A program made the translations under genes and the position numbers. A stretch of 64,000 nucleotides of DNA from Myxococcota bacterium (GTDB taxonomy: Bacteria > Myxococcota_A > UBA9042 > PHBI01 > JAWLBL01). Under the pieces are notes generated by a model. It ran no database searches. It was given only the letters and a program-made list of their open reading frames with translations, and was not told the DNA's origin. Positions 60,812 through 64,000 of this stretch are shown here, piece after piece. The stretch covers positions 8,622-72,621 of the forward strand of contig JAWLBL010000016.1 in NCBI GenBank assembly GCA_041687695.1, given 5' to 3'. The stretch's first letter is position 1. The number at the start of each line of letters is the position of its first letter.

Positions 60812-61807
60812 ATGGCCGCCATCGACACGACCCCACGCGCCGACGATCTCATCTTCGCGGACGAGCCCGCGCCCTTCGACGAGGCGGCGCTGCTCACCGC
60901 GCCCCCCCTCGAGGCGCGCCGCGTCGCCGCCGGGCTGCCCCTGAACACCCGCTTCGTCCTGCGCGACCTCATCACGCCGGTGCAGTACGCCTTCCTGCTC
61001 GAGCACGGCTTCATCGTGTTCGCGCGCGTGGCCAGCAAGCCCGAGATCGACCGCATCCTCGGCGAGATCGACCGCGTCGAGAAGAAGCTGCTCGACGAGA
61101 AGATCGACAAGATCTGCGGCGTCCCGGTCTGGTTCGGCACCGGGCCCGACGGGCAGCCCTGGCTGCAGCGCATGGGCTTTTCGTCCTATTACTCCGAGTG
61201 GCTCGAGGCCTTCGTCACCGACGCCCGCTTCGAGCCCATCCGGCAGCTCATCGGCGAGGACGCCCGCATCGGCACCCGCGAGAAGGACGGCGTCGTCTTC
61301 AACCGCTACATCAACCTGCCCGGCAGCCTGCGCCCCGACCTCGCCTGGCACACCGACGCCCTGCGCGACGTCTTCTACAACGGCGAGATGCCCGGCCCGA
61401 TGCTGAACGTCGGCCTGCACTTCGACCGCATCCGCCCCGAGGACGGCGGCCTGCGCCTCATCCCCGGCACCCACTCCCAGACCGTCTGGAGCACCCTGTT
61501 CCACAAGATCCACTTCGTCAGCAACGACGACGACCCGCGCGAGATCGCCGTCGAGACCTGGCCGGGCGACCTGACCGTCCACGACGGCCGCATGTGGCAC
61601 CGCGTGAAGAGCTCGCCCAGGACCGGCGAGGCCTCGCTGCGCCGCAGCATGTACGTCCCGTACGTGGTCGACGCCTACCAGCCCAAGGACGCCAAGGCCA
61701 AGACCAACGCCTACATGCGCGTCTTCGACGGCATCATCAAGGTCAAGGGAGCCCTCGGCAAGCGCAAGCAGGCGCGCGCCAGCCGCAAGGCGCGGGCCGG
61801 GCGCTGA
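60812..61807 (+). CDS. Phytanoyl-CoA dioxygenase (PhyH) family Fe(II)/2-oxoglutarate oxygenase
   Basis: WHTD...H...R spacing of the PhyH family (DLAWHTDALRD, RLIPGTHSQ, RMWHRV). Confidence 0.7.
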   Translation: MAAIDTTPRADDLIFADEPAPFDEAALLTAPPLEARRVAAGLPLNTRFVLRDLITPVQYAFLLEHGFIVFARVASKPEIDRILGEIDRVEKKLLDEKIDKICGVPVWFGTGPDGQPWLQRMGFSSYYSEWLEAFVTDARFEPIRQLIGEDARIGTREKDGVVFNRYINLPGSLRPDLAWHTDALRDVFYNGEMPGPMLNVGLHFDRIRPEDGGLRLIPGTHSQTVWSTLFHKIHFVSNDDDPREIAVETWPGDLTVHDGRMWHRVKSSPRTGEASLRRSMYVPYVVDAYQPKDAKAKTNAYMRVFDGIIKVKGALGKRKQARASRKARAGR

Positions 61808-61819
61808 GCGGCGCTGCGC

Positions 61820-62320
61820 GTGCCCACCCCGCACCCCGCCAAGGCGCGCGTCGTCGAGGCCCTGCGCGCCCGGGTGGCGGCCGACCTGCAGGCGGCCACG
61901 CGCTCGCAGGAGCGCGCCGCGGAGGGGGCGACCCACGAGGAGGCGCGCCCCGAGCACGACAAGGACACGCGCGCCACCGAGGCCTCGTATCTGGCGCGGG
62001 GCCTCGCGCGGCGCGTGGTCGAGCTGCAGGAGGTCGCGTCGGCGCTGCAGCGGCCCCTGTACGACCGGGTCTTCGGCCCGGACGATCCGATCGCGATGGG
62101 CGCCCTGGTCACGATCGAGGACGCCGACGGGCGGGTGGCGCACGTCCTGCTGGCGCCCCGCGGCGGCGGCTTCGACGTGACGGTCGACGGGTCGGTGGTC
62201 CGGATCGTCACGCCCGAGTCGCCGCTCGGAGGCGAGCTGATCGGACGCGAGCTGGACGACACGGTGGTGACCCGCTCGCCGCGCGGCGACCGCGCCTGGA
62301 CGGTGGTCGCGCTGTCCTGA
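61820..62320 (+). CDS. GreA/GreB-family (Rnk-like) protein
   Basis: C-terminal FKBP-like Gre domain IAMGALVTIEDADGRVAHVLLAPRGGGFDVTVDGSVVRIVTPESPLGGELIGRELDDTVV. GTG start 12 nt after the phyH stop. Confidence 0.6.
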   Translation: MPTPHPAKARVVEALRARVAADLQAATRSQERAAEGATHEEARPEHDKDTRATEASYLARGLARRVVELQEVASALQRPLYDRVFGPDDPIAMGALVTIEDADGRVAHVLLAPRGGGFDVTVDGSVVRIVTPESPLGGELIGRELDDTVVTRSPRGDRAWTVVALS

Positions 62321-62501
62321 ACGGACGGGCCGCGGCGCAAGGCGACGCCGCCGCACCCGCGCGGGGCAAGGCCCGGACCGCGGGGATCGGGTTTATGAAC
62401 GGAACTGCTTTTCAGGGAAGCGACGCGGCGGTAGAACGCGGGCAACCACGCGGTACTGGCGCCGGCGACCCTCCCGGCCTGCCCCTGAGATGGAGGACCC
62501 C

Positions 62502-63788
<1,287 letters not shown>

Positions 63789-63806
63789 CGCGCCTCCGCT
63801 AAGTCG

Positions 63807-64000
63807 CCAGATGTCATGGAGCCCCGGCCTGGTCCGGGGCTTCGTCGTCTCGCGGCTCCGCGACGGCGCCAGATGTCACGGAGCCCCGGCCTGGTCCGGG
63901 GCTTCGTCGTCTCGCGCATCCGCGACGGCGCCAGATGTCACGGAGCCCCGGCCTGGTCCGGGGCTTCGTCGTCTCGCGGCTCCGCGACGGCGCCAGATGT
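63807..64000. repeat. 62-bp structured tandem repeat (at least 3.1 copies, continues past window end) downstream of gltA
   Basis: Unit gccagatgtcacggagccccggcctggtccggggcttcgtcgtctcgcggctccgcgacggc recurs with period 62. Each unit contains the hairpin GAGCCCCGG-cctggt-CCGGGGCTT and a second palindrome CGCGGctcCGCG. Confidence 0.85.

Noticed and set aside
63807-64000. The 62-bp repeat array considered as a CRISPR array.
   Set aside because: The units are directly contiguous with no unique spacers, and no cas genes are nearby. It is a structured tandem repeat instead.

Overview
This is a high-GC (about 70%) bacterial chromosomal segment; its gene content looks myxobacterial, with many lipoproteins carrying cysteine-rich C-x-DG-(D/N)-x-CT-x-D-x-C repeats, IPT/TIG domains, LTD domains and FHA proteins. 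The left end is a conserved housekeeping block on the minus strand: four tRNA-Ser genes and tRNA-Arg(ACG), tadA, a candidate SRP RNA (ffs), dnaX and ybaB. Then come recQ, hflX, a TetR-ALDH pair, large secreted and lipoprotein genes, amt, a UbiB-type kinase, and at the right end a phyH/gre-like pair and gltA. The stretch from about 35 to 51 kb looks accessory and is the most interesting. It holds a secreted protein with a novel two-Cys tandem repeat, followed by a flotillin gene tightly coupled to a 1777-aa protein with a C-terminal MoxR/AAA_5-like ATPase, then a small hypothetical. Next is a DUF222/HNH endonuclease gene with atypical codon usage, flanked by an 11-bp direct repeat, which is likely a mobile insertion. 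Then a nucleoside 2-deoxyribosyltransferase-like protein, a HEAT-repeat protein, and a lower-GC DUF4157 (HExxH) toxin-like protein. A peptidoglycan hydrolase (amidase_2 plus split M23) with no signal peptide sits in an operon at 4-8.5 kb. Several tandem repeats are noted inside and between genes. All calls come from reading the sequence and the ORF translations. No database searches were run, so family assignments rest on recognised motifs.
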